Positions 1-22,962 of a stretch of 64,000 bases of DNA are shown in pieces. The notes under the pieces were generated by a model that was not told the DNA's origin, did no database searches, and saw nothing but the letters and a program-made list of their open reading frames with translations. Every line of letters starts with the position of its first letter. Within the stretch, counting starts at the first letter, position 1. The stretch lies in assembly GCF_009914755.1 (NCBI RefSeq), contig NC_060937.1; one strand, 5' to 3'. A program made the position numbers and the translations under genes. The stretch is from the human T2T-CHM13v2.0 reference genome, Homo sapiens.

Positions 1-44
1 CTAAGTTCTTTTTTTTAAATATTCAAATGTTTTATTTTTTTAAG

Positions 45-103
45 AAAAAGATGAAGAAACTAAAGCATTTGAAGCACTTCTTTCCAACATTGTCAAACCA
101 GTG
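45..103 (+). CDS. FNDC3A: FNDC3A coding exon (EKDEETKAFEALLSNIVKPV)
   Basis: taag acceptor, gtaagt donor at 104; peptide matches recalled FNDC3A; phase 1 to 0. Confidence 0.93.
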
Positions 104-1352
104 GTAAGTATCTTATGTATTTTATTGATGTTTATATTTAATATATTAGCATAAGATGTTCATCCATCAAAATGTAGTTTTTTTCTTTTAACTTTTTATG
201 AAAATAGGATCATACTGTATTCTGTGACAAGCTTTTTCACTCACTATGGTATGCTTTAGCTATCTTTCTATGTCATTACCTGATTCTTTGAAGAGCTACA
301 TAGTTTTGTCATTCATTCATCAAATATTTATTGATCCCTTACTATATGCCAATAAATAAAAAACAAATGCACAAACAGAATTCTGTGTGATAGTAAAGAT
401 TGCTATTATAGAAATAGGAATGATATGATGAGATTAATAGGAGAGGTTGTTAGGTTAAATAGAGCAATCAGGGAAGCTTTCTCTGACAAGTGAGAAAAAG
501 TGCAAAAGTGGAAGGAATGGGAGAGGGAGAACAGGTGTAAGTAAGCATGGGGAGTTGGACAGAGGGAAAGAACCATTATCACTGGAGTATAGTGAAGGGG
601 AGAAAGATGTGGTGGAAGAAGTAGGCCATAGGACTTTTTCAGCCAGAATAAGGCAATTTAAGATTGATAAGAATATTTTTTGGTTCATAAAACAAACTAC
701 TCTTTCCCAACTCTCAGAAACATCCATGGTAAAATGTTTTATACTAAGTTGCCCCAAAAATACTTTGTTTTTCTGAGAAAACAGATTAGAAAAGTTATTA
801 TTCTTAGTACCATCTCCATAAAGGCTTTTTAAGCTTATCTTGCCATGTTTTAGGATGTTTGAGTAAGCCAGTTCCTCATCTAATAGACTAATATGGTCCT
901 ACTTTTTCTGACAACTCCCAAATAATAGATTTGGTTGCTCTAGCTTTCTTTATTCTAATCTGTTTTCTCTTGAGAATAGAGCATATATGTGTAAATAAAT
1001 GTAAATTTACACAATTATTTCATAGTAATGGTTAACACAAATTGATTAGCATCAGTCTCTGTTCAGAGTGCTTGGAATGCACATGTGCATTATTTAATAC
1101 CTGTGACAACCATATATGTACTATTTTCCCTGCTTTACAAATGAGGAAACTGAAGCAACAGTGAGTTTCAATTAGTAGTAGTAGAGCTATGACTGAAATT
1201 TAGGCAGTATCCTTCCAAGACCCCAAGTGTATATCACTAGGTTTACTAGAAAAAGAATTTAGTAGGCTTAATAAGATTGATGTTTGAGTGATTTAATAGC
1301 TAATGCTAGTAGCATTTACTTGTTGTAGTATATATTAAAAGTATAATTTTCA

Positions 1353-1650
1353 GGCCAGGTGCAGTGGCTCACACTTTCCCAGTCCTTTGGAAAACCAAGA
1401 CAAGAAGATCACTTGAGGCCAGGAGTTTGAGACCAGCCTGAGTAATATATTGAGACCTCGTCTCTACAAAAAACAAATACAGATACTACAGACCAAGGGG
1501 GCACACACCTGTAGTCCCAGATACTTGGGATGCTGAGGTGGGAGGATCCCTTGAGCCTAGGAGTTCAATGCTGCAGTGAACTAAGATTGTGCCTTTTCAC
1601 TCCAGCCTGGGTGACAGAGCAAGAACCTGTCTCATAAATAAATAAATATA
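1353..1650 (+). mobile_element. AluJ-like
   Basis: Diverged dimer with A-rich tail. Confidence 0.85.
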
Positions 1651-4164
1651 TATATAATTTACAGACAGGAAAAGTAAATCTTAAAGCCAATTCAAAGACT
1701 TTCTTACTCAACATTAGGAAGAACATGTAGTTTAATAAGATAGTGAGCCCTGTATCATAAAGTAATGCTGATGGTTTTATTTGCTTTGTTTTAGTTTATA
1801 GTTTGAATGCCGATTCCTCTTTGATTAAATTAATTGTGAGCTACAAAGTGCAGGTCAGGGTTTTTGCTTGCTTGTTTTTGTGTGTGTGGTTGTTTTTGCA
1901 TGCTCTAGTTCATTTAGAGCACTAAATTAAATGTGTTCATTCACTTTTTCATTCCATAAATATTTTACCGCTTACAAAGTGACAGATGTTGTGCTAAAGC
2001 TGGAGATAGAATGGAAAGCAAAGGATAGACACGGGCTCTGCCACAAGGCTTAGTTCAGTAAACTAAGCATCACACAATGAATGTTAAATTGTAACGGTGA
2101 AGTGCCAGGACAAAAAGATAGAGAGCAGTCAGAGTGTGTAATAGGAGGACTAAACCTTGACAAGGAATCAGGGAAGTTTTCCTAAGGAAGGATTATTGTA
2201 CTGATATTTGAAGGAAAAGTAGTGGTTGGGCATTGAGGACAGGGGTGGAAAGTGTGGGAACAGTATTGCAAACTGAGCAGCATTTGAAAAGCACTGGACA
2301 TGGCACATTTGAGGAACAACAAAAAAAAAGGAAAGCAGAGAAAAGCTCACTCATGTGACCAGAGTGCAGTGTATAGGGGAGAATGTGGTACATGCACAAG
2401 TCTCATAGTCTCAACTGTGTACTTAGGAGTTGAGTGACCCATGACAAGTCACTTGACCTTTGTGAATGTTTCTTCTTTCAGAAAATGGAGAATAATGGTA
2501 TTGTATACCCTCACATGCATGAAATAATTAACTATATTGAAAGTGTTGTCTTTTCATTTGTTCTTCTTTGAAATTGTTCTCAGTCTCATTTCTGTGAAAA
2601 TCTACTGACATTTATTTCAGTGGATTTCATTTCCTTTTATTTCAGTAATGCTTAAAATTAAATGTGTCATGCCTTTTACTCATTACCTTTTTGCTTTCAG
2701 AATCATTACCCCTTCCCTTTACCTTTTTGTGGTTACTAGAAGTACTATCTAACTCCAAGTTTCCTTAGGCTCAGCCTTTGAGTTATCTTCAGAATTATTC
2801 TCTCACCTCCTGATGCCCTTATCTAGACAAGGATCAAACATTTATGTTTATTCTACTTTAGTATTTCTGGAAATCCAGAAATTAGATACTCTCATTTCTT
2901 TCTTCTACAGTCTTTGTCAAAATTCATGTAATATATATGGCTTTGAACTCTTTTAACAGTTTAGCTTCCTAGATATATACTTAATTTAACCCAATGGACA
3001 GTTTTTCTCAAGGGTAGTTTTGATGACTACCTTACAAGGATCACAATCTGCCTCAAAAAATATATTGTACATAATCTAGCCACTTTCTAAAGGAGCTATT
3101 TTCATTTTTTCCTGTTACCATCTTTATCAGTTCTTAGACAGATTTTTACACAATCATACCTATTTTCAGCTACCACCTAGAAGTGGATTCAGAGTGGGAT
3201 CATTGAGTAGTAGGAAAATAACTGAATTATTCAGGTCCTAGTCAATGGTTCTGTGACCTCTAGACAAGTTACTTAATCTTTCTGAATATGCTCCTTTCAC
3301 AAAATGAAGATAGTTAAGCCTATTTTGCCTACTTTAGGTGGTAGTTGTAAGAATCAAGTGATATGGATATAAAAGCAAATTTTACTTCTAACATTAGCAT
3401 ACAAATAGAGTTCAAATTACTTCCAAATCTATATTTTCGATCCTAATTACTAATCTGTTCATGTAGAACTGTATCTCCTGAGGCACGCTAAAGAATACCC
3501 AAGTTTGAATGTTTCACTAGCAACTTTAGAAAACCAAATTCTTAATCTGCTTGTCTATACTATTTTATCACGTTCTTCATTCCTGTAAAATGAAGAAGGA
3601 ATTGGGTTAGATCTCTTTCGTTTCTGTTTCCTTTCATTGTTTCCGTCGGTAAACACTTACCCATCCAGGTTTTCCTGGGTTACAGTATCATCTTACATTT
3701 CTTCTTTACCTTTCATTCTCCCCATGCTAGATTAGTACTCCAGCTTTATTATTTCACTATAAGTTTATAGGATCCACTCTCCCCACTGTCCCCTACCACT
3801 CCACATACACACACAATTACTACCTCAGTCTTCACACAGGAATTTTGTGGTATCTATGTGGGAGTCCATCTCTTTTTCTTCTATGCAACTCTATAATTCA
3901 CCTGAAACCAGCAACAGAAAACAGCATTTTTAGAAGATTTTAAAAATACATATGAACATGCCTTGGACTACCAGATTTCAGTTATAAGCTTTGGAATATA
4001 AATACTCATTCCTGTACTAATTACCCACCTCTTTCTACCAAATTTTATCTCATCCAAGTTCTTTAAGATTCAATTCAAAATTCACTTATGAAGTTTTCCA
4101 CATCTTATCCCAATGTAGTCACTCTTTCTGTGACTTAACATATAAGTGCAAGTAATAAGATAGC

Positions 4165-4465
4165 TTTTTCTTTTTGAGACAGAGTCTTGCTCTTTCACCC
4201 AGGCTGGAGGGCTGGAGTGCAGTGGCATGATTTCAGCTTGCTGCAACCTCTGCCTCCCAGGTTCAAGTGATTCTTGGGTCTCAGTCTCCTGAGTAGCTGG
4301 GATTACAGGCATACACCACCACGTCCAGATAATTTTTGTATTTTTAGTAGAGATAGGGTTCCACCATGTTGGCCAGGCTGGTCTTGAACTCTTAACCTCA
4401 GGTGATCTGCCCACCTCGGCCTCCCAAAGTGCTGGGATTACAGGCATGAGCCCCTGTGCCCAGCC
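4165..4465 (-). mobile_element. AluS
   Basis: Dimer, TSD ataagat. Confidence 0.9.
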
Positions 4466-4539
4466 ATAAGATCTTTTTAATAGAATGAGTTAGTACTAAA
4501 AGATTTTCTGGAAAAGCAGAAATTGAAAAAGTTGAAATT

Positions 4540-4676
4540 GGCCCAGTGCAGTGGCTCACACCTCTAATCCCAATACTTTAGGAGGCCGGGGCAGGAGGAT
4601 CGCTTGAGCCTAGGAGTTCGCAACCAGCCCAAGCAACAATAGTAAGACCCAGTCTCAATAAAAAAATAATAATAAT
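4540..4676 (+). mobile_element. FLAM monomer
   Basis: Left monomer only; TSD aagttgaaatt. Confidence 0.8.
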
Positions 4677-5160
4677 ATTTTTTAAGTTGAAATTAGCATT
4701 TTAAAATTTTTTTAATTTATTTTTAAAACTATGTTTGCTAAATTCAACATAGTATTCTGGAAGTCTGTTTAGTTAAAAGTATAGTTAAAAGCTTAGTTAA
4801 TAGTATTTACCAATATTAATAGTTTTGACAAAAATGCATGGTTATATAGGATTTTAACATTAGGGGAAGCTGGGTAAAGGATAGACAGGGATTCCATACT
4901 ATCTTCCCAACTTTTCTTTAAACCTAAATTTATTTCCAAATAAAAGACTTTTAAAAATACTTTATTTGTGTAACTCTGGTAAACAGTTCATTTCACTCAG
5001 CCACTCATTTTGTTGATGAGGCCTAGAACCCTAAGAGGGTGAGACTTCAGTATCACCAGGCAAATTAGTGACACATCTTGTGCTTCCCTATTTAATATTT
5101 TCTCTACTGTCTGTACTCCCCACAGATCCTGATAAAGCAAGCTTCATAAAGTAGGTGCCA

Positions 5161-5276
5161 GGCTGGGCATAGTGACTCACACCTGTAATTCCAACACTTT
5201 GGGAGGCTGAGGCGGGAGGGTGGCTTGAGGCCAGGAGCTCGAGACCATCCTGGGCAACATAGCAAGACCCCATCTT

Positions 5277-5316
<40 letters not shown>

Positions 5317-5353
5317 GCTACTACTACTACTACTACTACTAATAATAATAATA
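5161..5353 (+). mobile_element. FLAM monomer with microsatellite tail
   Basis: TSD ataaagtag(g/a)tgcca. Confidence 0.85.
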
Positions 5354-5357
5354 ATAA
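5277..5357 (+). repeat. (TAC)~21 then (TAA)n microsatellite
   Basis: Read directly; one TGC interruption. Confidence 0.95.
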
Positions 5358-6149
5358 AGTAGATGCCAGTTAATGCTTTTGACTGACCCACCTTCATAGT
5401 CCTATTCACGTTCTCAAAGTTTAACACAACTATTATCATCCCATAAAATCAAGAGACACTTATGGGTATACATACATGTATAGTAGCAGTTTGTTTTAAA
5501 AAAGAAAAAAAAACCTGCTCAGTTTCAAGTTAATAGCCAGCTGTATACTGGATCATACAAAGAATCATTTTTAAGTTCATTGTAAATGAAACACAGTACC
5601 AAGACTTTAAGACAGTATTAGAGTGAATACAGTATTACATTTCCTGTGATTTAACAGAAGCAAAATAAATATAGTAATAGTTTTTTTTATTCAGACTTCG
5701 AGAACTTTGAAAAGGACAGAATGTTACAATTTTATGGAGATTACTTAATTTTACTTTAATTCAAGATAGGAGTAATTGTCATCCTAGTGGTTATTAGTTT
5801 GGTTTTAGAAATGCTAAGGTAGTTGTTAAACATATATAATTTTAAAGCAAGCTTTTATATAAATGCCTACATATAATCTGGTACCTTTCTCACCAATCTG
5901 TAAACCTTATCTAATCTCTAGATTTTTTTCGCTTTAACAAAAGTAACTTGTACTCATAAAATTATTCCAGTAGTATAAAAATATATAAAACATAATTGAA
6001 ACCACATGTTTTTTTCTGTCACAACTTTCTCTGCGTCTTACCACACTTACACAAAATCCCCAAAGATAACAATTGGTACATTTGTACAGTACATTTTCAG
6101 ACATTTTTGTACAGTTTTATAAAAGCTAACTCAACTGCAATCACAGTGT

Positions 6150-6890
6150 ATGTACTGCTTTCCAGCTTCACTTTTTTCTCCTATTACGTAGCACCTGTAT
6201 ATTGAGGAAATCTTCAGATGTTAGCGCATGTATGTCCACCTCATGTTCTTTTTTGAGCACTTGCAGAATAATATGTTCATAGGCTGTGTTATGTACCATC
6301 ATTTAGGTAGTCAGTGCCCTATAGTTCTAGTTTTTTGCCATTAATAATGCTGCAATGAACATTCTTAAGTGTGTATATTTGTATACATATGTTAAGTTTA
6401 TAGGATATTACCCTGAAAAAAAATTCCTGGATGTAGAATTTCTGAATCAAAAAGTAAACACATCTTACATTTTATAATGATTCACTAGTTGCTATACACA
6501 AGGATTGAACTTACATATACTGTTACCACACTTAGAGAGTGCCATTTCTCCAAGTTTTTAACACTAGATAGTATTAGCTTTTTAATCTTCCCCTATCCAG
6601 TAGATGAAAACTGGGATTCTGTTTTAATTTACATGTATTTATGAATGCAGTTTCACACGTACATCATTTTATATGTTGTCCATTTATATTTACATATCTT
6701 TGGATGTCGATGTCCTTTGCTCATTTTTCTCTTGAGTTTTTGTCATCCTCCTGTTGTAAAAACATTTTCTAAGCTGAGGAAATGAACCCTTTCAAACATG
6801 TTACAATGGTCTTTTTAATCCCAGTTTTTTTCTTTTGACTATGTATGGTGTCTACGCTAATAGTTTTGAATGGCCTGGTTTTTAAACTTT
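6150..6890 (-). mobile_element. Ancient L1ME-like relic
   Basis: aataatgctgcaatgaacattctt motif in T-rich context. Confidence 0.55.
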
Positions 6891-7081
6891 TGTGGAACCC
6901 ATCTCATTTGTTGTGGAACCCACAACAAATTATTTGCAATGGGCAGGTTTATATTTGTGAGCCATTTTATCTATATAAACAGATACATTTTATTTAATCT
7001 TGAAACCTCATTAGATATTTCACTGCTCATTGTATACATTACAGTTGTTTTAAAGAACTTTTAAATGTTGTATTTTTACAG

Positions 7082-7239
7082 GCCTCCGACATCCAGGCAA
7101 GGACAGTAGTACTTACCTGGTCACCACCTTCCAGCCTCATTAATGGTGAAACAGATGAAAGTAGTGTACCAGAGCTCTATGGTTATGAAGTTCTGATCTC
7201 AAGTACTGGAAAAGATGGGAAATACAAAAGTGTATATGT
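7082..7239 (+). CDS. FNDC3A: FNDC3A exon, FN3 start (ASDIQARTVVLTWSPP...KSVYV)
   Basis: tacag acceptor, gtaggt donor; 158 nt, phase 0 to 2. Confidence 0.95.
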
Positions 7240-7742
7240 GTAGGTATTTGTTGTTTTGCTTTCTCCCATTGTGTAAATTAATGGTTTATTATAAAGAGCT
7301 TATTACTAATTTTGCTCTACTTTTCCTTCTTCACGCTTTTATTCTGAATCTTTAAGTTGGCTAATGATAGTGATTTCAATGTAAATGGTCCAAATGTAGC
7401 TTGGTACACATTTCTGTCTACCTTCCTTCAGAATAATCACTTTTATTGGCCACATTCAGCTTTTTTTTTCCCAGTAGGCTCCCTAATAGATGGTTCAGTA
7501 TTCACGTATTCTTAATGCATTAAATATAAGTTGTAGTATGTAGAACCCATGACCAAAAATGGACAATTCATGATTGTAAACTCATAAAGTATGACATTGC
7601 TCCTCTAAGGACTGGATTTAATTCTTACATGTACAAGCTCATGTCCTGTTGTAAAATGAATTTAGTAGCACTGTTATTTATTTGCATGTTAGTATGTTTA
7701 TAGTCATATTTTGAAAACTTACGTATTTCTTTCCTTGGTTTA

Positions 7743-8060
<318 letters not shown>

Positions 8061-11000
8061 TTACGCACCACGAAGCCTTAGAAAGATTCAGTAGCTAAAG
8101 TTGTGACATTTATGATTGACAGTTTTGAAATAAATTATTCTGTCCATATTCATATAGAAGTTGATTATTCTAATAAAAAAGGGTAATGTTAATGGTTAGT
8201 TATTATTTAAGCACCAAGAAGACTGTAAAGGTGATGGTTAATCATTTGAATGATCACAATTAGCACAGAACACTGGCTCCATCAGCCTTGTTGCTATCTT
8301 TTTTCAAAACATAGCTGGCAAGGAGAAGAAAGGAAAGTGAAACTGCTCCGGTGCCTCTCATCTAGTTACATAAGGTTATAAAAATTTCCTGTTTCCTCTC
8401 TATTGAGATTTCCTTGTGTTCTATTCATTTTTCTTAAGAGAGACAAGTAAACCTAAGGGGTAAGTAGGGGATAAAGGACTATCAACATAAAGGTTTCTTA
8501 CTATGTTAATGACTGTTTTTTAGTTATATATGGCTGCTTACTAAGAGGAATGCTTTATTTCCATTTGCAGCCTGACCAGGGAGCACGAGGGGGGCATTAG
8601 TCATCTCCCATATCCTACAGGAATTAAGGTCTCTAAGGATGCTACTGCAACTGCCCAGTTCATTAAAATGTACTTTCAGCCTTGAAACATATTTATTTTT
8701 CATCATATTTACTGGCCTTGATTTGAGAAATAGAGTAGCTGGGAGGTAAGGGGTGGGGAATGGAAAGAAGTCCATAAAGTGGAGAGGAGAGAGACTTGGT
8801 GGAAGGAAATGAAATAGGGAATCGTGATTTTAAGTTTAAAAAAAAAAAAAGTAGGGAATAGGCTGGTTTGCGGCTACATACCCAAATAATATTCTGTTGT
8901 GTATATATACCACATTTTCTTTATCCCATTCATCCATTGATGGACACTTAGGTTGATCTATATTTTTGCTCTTGTCAATAGTGCTGCAGTAAATGTGGGA
9001 AAAGCACATCTCTTCAATATACTGATTTTTCCCCTATTTGGAAAAATACCCAGTAGTGGGATTGCTCATTTGTATGATATTTCTATTTTTAATTTTTTGA
9101 GAAATCTCCACACTTGTATCCATATTGGTTGTACTAATTAACATTCCACCAACAGTGTATAAGGGCTTTTTTTCTCTGCATCCTCACCAGCATCTGTTAT
9201 TTTTTTGTCTTTGTAATAGTAGCCATTCTAACTAGGGTAAAATGATCTCATTGTAATTTTGATTTGGATTTCCCTGACTAATGATGTAGAGTATTTTTTC
9301 ATATACCTGTTGGCCATTTGTATGTCTTTGGAGAAATGTCTATTCATGTCCTTTGTCCACTTTTAATGGGATTATTTGTGTTTTTCCTGTTGAGTTGAAT
9401 TCCTTGTATATTCTGGATATTAGTCTTTTGTTAGATGAATAGTTTGCAAATACTCTCTCCCTTTCTGAGGGTTGTGTCTTCACTGTGTTGGTTGTTTCCT
9501 CTGCTGTGCAAAAGTTTTAGTTTATTTCTCTATTTTTCTTTTTTTTGTTGTTGCCTGTGCTTTGGGGGTCTTAGCATAAAATCTTTGCTTAAACCAGTGT
9601 CCTGAAGTGTTTCTTCTATATTTTCTTCCAGGATTTCATAGTTTCAGGTCTTAAACATTTAAGTCTGTAAGCCTTCTTGTGTTTATTTTTATGTAAGATG
9701 AGAGATACAGTCCAGTTTCATTCTTCTGCAGGTGGATATCCAATTTTCCTAGCAGCATTTATTGAGAAGGGTATCCTTTCCCCAGTGTATGTTCTTGGCA
9801 CCATTGTTAAAAAGTCATTTGGCTATAAATTTATTTCTGGCTTCTCTATTGTGTTCCTTAGTTCTTGTGTCTATTTTTATACCAATGCCATGCTGTTTTG
9901 ATTACTATAGTCTTGCAGTATATTTTGAAGTCAGGTAGAGTGATGCCTCCAGCTTTGTTCTTTTTACTTAGGATTGCGTTGGCTATTCAGGCTATTTTTT
10001 GGTTCCATAGACATTTTTGGATCACTTTTTATATTTCTGTGAAAAATGACATTGGTATTTTGATAGGGATTCCATTGAATATAAATTGCTTTGGACAGTA
10101 TGTTCATTTTAATGGTATTAATTTTTTGAATACATGAGCAATGGATGTCTTTTCATTTGTTTGTGTTCTCTTCAATTTCTTTCATCAGTGTTTTATAGTT
10201 TTATCTTGTAGAGATCTTTCTACCTGTTATATTAGATTTATTCTTAGGGTGTTTTTTCTTTTGTAGCTATTGTAAATGTGATTGCCTTTTGGGCTTCTTT
10301 CTCAGCTAGTTTATTATTAGTGTATAGAAATGATGCTGATTTTTGTATTTTGATTTTATATCCTGCAACTTACTGAATTTATTTATCAGATCCAAGAGTT
10401 TTCTGGTGGAGTCTTCAGATTTTTCTACATGTAAGATCATGTCATCTACAAAGAAGGACAATTTGACTTTTTTTTTTTTTTTAATCTGAATACCTTTTAT
10501 TCCTTTCTCTTGGCTGGTTGCTCTGGCTAGGACTTCCAGTACCATATTGGAGTGGTGAGAGTAGGCATCCTTGTCTTGTTCGAGTTCTTAGAGGAAAGGT
10601 TTTTAGACTTTCCCCTTTCTGTATGATGTTAGCTATGGGTCTGTCATATGTGGTCTTTATTATGTTGAGGTATGTCCCTTTAGTGCCTAGTTTGTTGAAA
10701 GATTTTATGAAGGGATGCTGAATTTTATCAAAATTTCTCTACATCTATTGAGATGATCATATAATTTTTGTCCTTCATTATGTTGATATGGTGTATCACA
10801 TTATTGATTTGTGTATGTTGAGCCATCCTTGCATCCCTGGTATAAATCCCACTTGATCATGGTGTATTGTCTTTATAATGTGCTGTTGAATTCAGTTTGC
10901 CAGTGTTTTGATGAGGATTTCGTGTCCGTGTTTATCAAGGATTAGTCTGTACTTTTCTTTTTTTGTTGTGTCCGTATCTGGTTTTGGTACCAGAGTGATG

Positions 11001-11409
11001 CTGTCCTTGTAGAATGAGTTAGAGAGAATTCCCTCCTCTTCAATGTTTTTGGAATAGTTTGAGGAGAATTGGTGTTCCTTAAAAGTTTGGTAGAATTTGT
11101 CAGTGAAGCCATTGGTCCTGGACTTTTCTTTGTTTGAAGACTCTTTATTACTGATTCAATCTCATTACTCGTTATTGGTTGGTTCATATTTTCTATTTCT
11201 CGCTGATTGAATCTTGGTAGGTAGTATGTATCTAGGAATTTGTCCACTTCCTCAGATTTTTCAGTTTGTTGGTGTAGGTTGTCCATAATAGTCTCTGATG
11301 ATTGTAACTGTGTTATCAGTTGTAGTGTCTCCTTTTCCACTTCTGATTTTATTTGGGTCCCCTTTCTTCTTCTCTTGATTAGTCTAGGTGGTGGTTTAGT
11401 TCTGTTCTG

Positions 11410-11541
11410 ATTTTTTATTTGTTTTAGAGATGGCATCTTGCGATGTTGCCTAAGCTGGACTCAAACTCCTGGGCTCAAGTGATCCTCCCACGTCAGCCTC
11501 CCAAGTACCTGGGACTGTAGGTGTGCACCACTGCACCTGGC
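11410..11541 (-). mobile_element. Alu left monomer within the old L1
   Basis: Alu motifs; short flanking duplication ccactgcacctggctgt. Confidence 0.75.
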
Positions 11542-11968
11542 TGTCTGCTCTGATCTGCACCACTGCACCTGGCTGTTTGCTCTGATCTTTATTATTTCTT
11601 CCACTAATTTTGGATTTGGTTTGTTCTTGCTTTTGTAGTTCTTGAGATGTGCATTGCTAGATTGTTTATTTAGACTCTTTAAGCTTTTTAATGTAGACAT
11701 TTATTGCTATAAACTTCCCTCTTGGCACTGCTTTTGCTGTATCCCATAGGTTTTAATATTTTGTGTTTCCATTTTAATTTGTTCCAAGAATTTTTTTTTT
11801 ATTTCTTCCTTAATTTGTCCCTCTACCAGTGGTCATTCAGGAGCATGTTGTTTAGTTTCCAGGTAGTTGCACAGTTTCCAGAGTTCCTCTTGTTATTGAT
11901 TTCTAGTTTTATTCTATTAAGTTATTAGAAAATATATGATATAATTTCAGTGTTTTAAAATTTCTTGA

Positions 11969-12301
<333 letters not shown>

Positions 12302-13810
12302 CTACCCTAAAGAATGTTTCATGTTTCATGTGTTGTAAAGAAGAATGTGTTTTCTGTAGCCTTTGGATGAAATGTATTCACAAAGGTCAGTTATGTCCAT
12401 TTGGTCTAATGTGCCATTTAAATACAATGAAATTTCTTTGTTAATTTTCTGTCTAGATGATCTGTCTAATGCTGAGAGTGGGGGGTTGAAGTCCCCAACT
12501 ATTATTTTATTGGAGTCTGTCTCTCCCTTTAAATCTAGCAATAATTGCTTTATATTTCTGGGTGCTCCAGTGTTGGGTACATATATGTTTAGAATTGTTA
12601 TATCCTCTTGCTGAATTGATCCCTTTATCATTATATAATGATTTTGTCTCTTTTTACTGTTTTTGACATAAAGTCTGTTTTATCTGAGTGTAGCTACTCC
12701 TGCTCACTTTTGGTTTCTGTTTGCATGGATTATCGTTTTCCATCCCTTTACTTTCAGTCTGTATGTATCTTTACAGGTGAGATGAGTTTCTTGTAGACAG
12801 CATATAATTGGGTCACATTTTTTAATTCATTCAGTGAGTTTGTGTCTTTTAAGTAGAAAGTTTTTTGTTTCTTTTTGTTTTTTTTATTATTATTATACTT
12901 TAAGTTATAGGGTACATGTGCATACCGTACAGGTTTGTTACATAGGTATACATGTGCCATGTTGGTGTGCTGCACCCATTAACTTGTCATTTACAATAGG
13001 TATTTCACTTAATGCCATCCCTCCCCCATCCCCCCAACCTGCCATGACAGGCCCCAGTGTGTGATGTTCCCGGCCCTGTGTCCAAGTGTTATCATTGTTC
13101 AATTTCCACCTATGAGTGAGAACATGCGGTGTTTGGTTTTCTGTCCTTGCGATAGTTTGCTCAGAATGATGGTTTCCGGCCTCATCCATGTGCCTACAAA
13201 GGATATGAACTCATCCTTTTTTATGGCTGCATAGTATTCCATGGTGAATATGTGCCACATTTTCTTAATCCAGTCTATCATTGGTAGACATTTGGGTTGA
13301 TTCCAAGTCTTTGCTATTGTGAATAGTGCCACAATAAACATGTGTGCATGTGTCTTTATGGTAGCATGATTAATAATCCTTTGTGTATATACCCAGTATT
13401 GGGCTTGCTGGGTGAAATGGTATTTCTAGTTCTAGATCCTTGAAGAATCACCACACTGTCTTCCACAATGGTTGAACTAGTTTACACTACCACCAACAGT
13501 GTAAAAGCATTCCTGTAACTCCACATCCTCTCTAGCACCTGTTGTTTCCTGACTTTTTAATGATCACCATTCTAACTGGTGTGAGATGGGATCTCATTGT
13601 GGTTTTGATTTGCATTTCTCTGATGACCAGTGATGATGAGCATTTTTTCATGTGTCTGTTGGCTGCATGAATGTCTTCTTTTGAGAAATGTCTTCATATC
13701 CTTCGCCCACTTTTTCATGGGGTTGATTTTTTTCTTATAAATTTGTTTTAAGTTCTTTGTAGATTCTGGATATTAGCCCTTTGTCAGATGGGTAGATTGC
13801 AAAAAAAATT

Positions 13811-19837
<6,027 letters not shown>

Positions 19838-21061
19838 GATTGCAAAAATTTTCTCCCATTCTGTAGGTTGCCTGTTCACTCTGATGGTAGTTTATTTTGC
19901 TGTGCAGAAGCTCATTAGTTTAATTAGATCCCATTTGTCTATTTTGGCTTTTGTTGCCATTGCTTTCGGTGTTTTAGTCATGAAGTCCTTGCCTATGCCT
20001 ATGTCCTGAATGGTAATGCCTAGGTTTTTCTTCTAGGGTTTTTATGGTTTTGGGTCTAACATTTAAGTCTTTAATCCATCTTGAATTAATTTTTGTATAA
20101 GGTGTAAGGAAGGGATCCAGTTTCAGCTTTCTACATATGGCTAGCCAGTTTTCCCAGCACCATTTATTAAATAGGGAATCCTTTCCCCGTTTCTTGTTTT
20201 TGTCAGGTTTGTCAAAGATCAGATGTTTGTAGATATGTGGTATTATTTCTGAGGGCTCTGTTCTGTTCCATTGGTCTACATCTCTGTTTTCTTACCAGTA
20301 ACATGCTGTTTTAGTTACTGTAGCCTTGTAGTATAGCTTGAAGTCAGGTAGCATGACGCCTCCAGCTTTGTTCTTTTGGCTTAGGATTGTCTTGACAATG
20401 TGGGCTCTTTTTTGGTTCCATATGAACTTTAAAGTAGTTTTTTCCAATTCTGTGAAGAAAGTCAATGGTAGCTTGATGGGGATGACATTGAATCTATAAA
20501 TTACCTTGGGCAGTATGGCCATTTTCACGATATTGATTCTTCCTATCCATGAGCATGGAATGTTCTTCCATTTGTTTGTGTCCTCTTTTATCTCATTGAG
20601 CAGTGGTTTGTAGTTCTCCTTGAAGAGGTCCTTCACATCCCTTGTAAGTTGGATTCCTAGGTATTTTATTCTCTTTGAAGCAATTGTGAATGGGAGTTCA
20701 CTCATGATTTGGCTCTGTTTGTCTGTTATTGGTGTATAGTAATGCTTGTGATTTTTGCACATTGATGTTGTATCCTGAGACTTTGCTGAAGTTGCTTATC
20801 AGCTTAAGGAGGTTTCGGGCTGAGACACTGGGGTTTTCTAAATATACAATCATGTCATCTGCAGACAGGGACAATTTGACTTCCTGTTTTCCTAACTGAA
20901 TACCATTTATTTCTTTCTCCTGCCTGATTGCCCTGGCCAGAACTTCCAACACTATGTTGAATAGGGGTGGAGAGAGAGGGCATCCCTGTCTTGTGCCAGT
21001 TCTCAAAGGGAATGCTTCCAGTTTTTGCCCATTCAGTATGATACTGGCTGTGGGTTTGTCA

Positions 21062-22962
<1,901 letters not shown>

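Noticed and set aside
5104-5439. 111-aa poly-Ser ORF
   Set aside because: Translation of the (TAC)n STR and a FLAM
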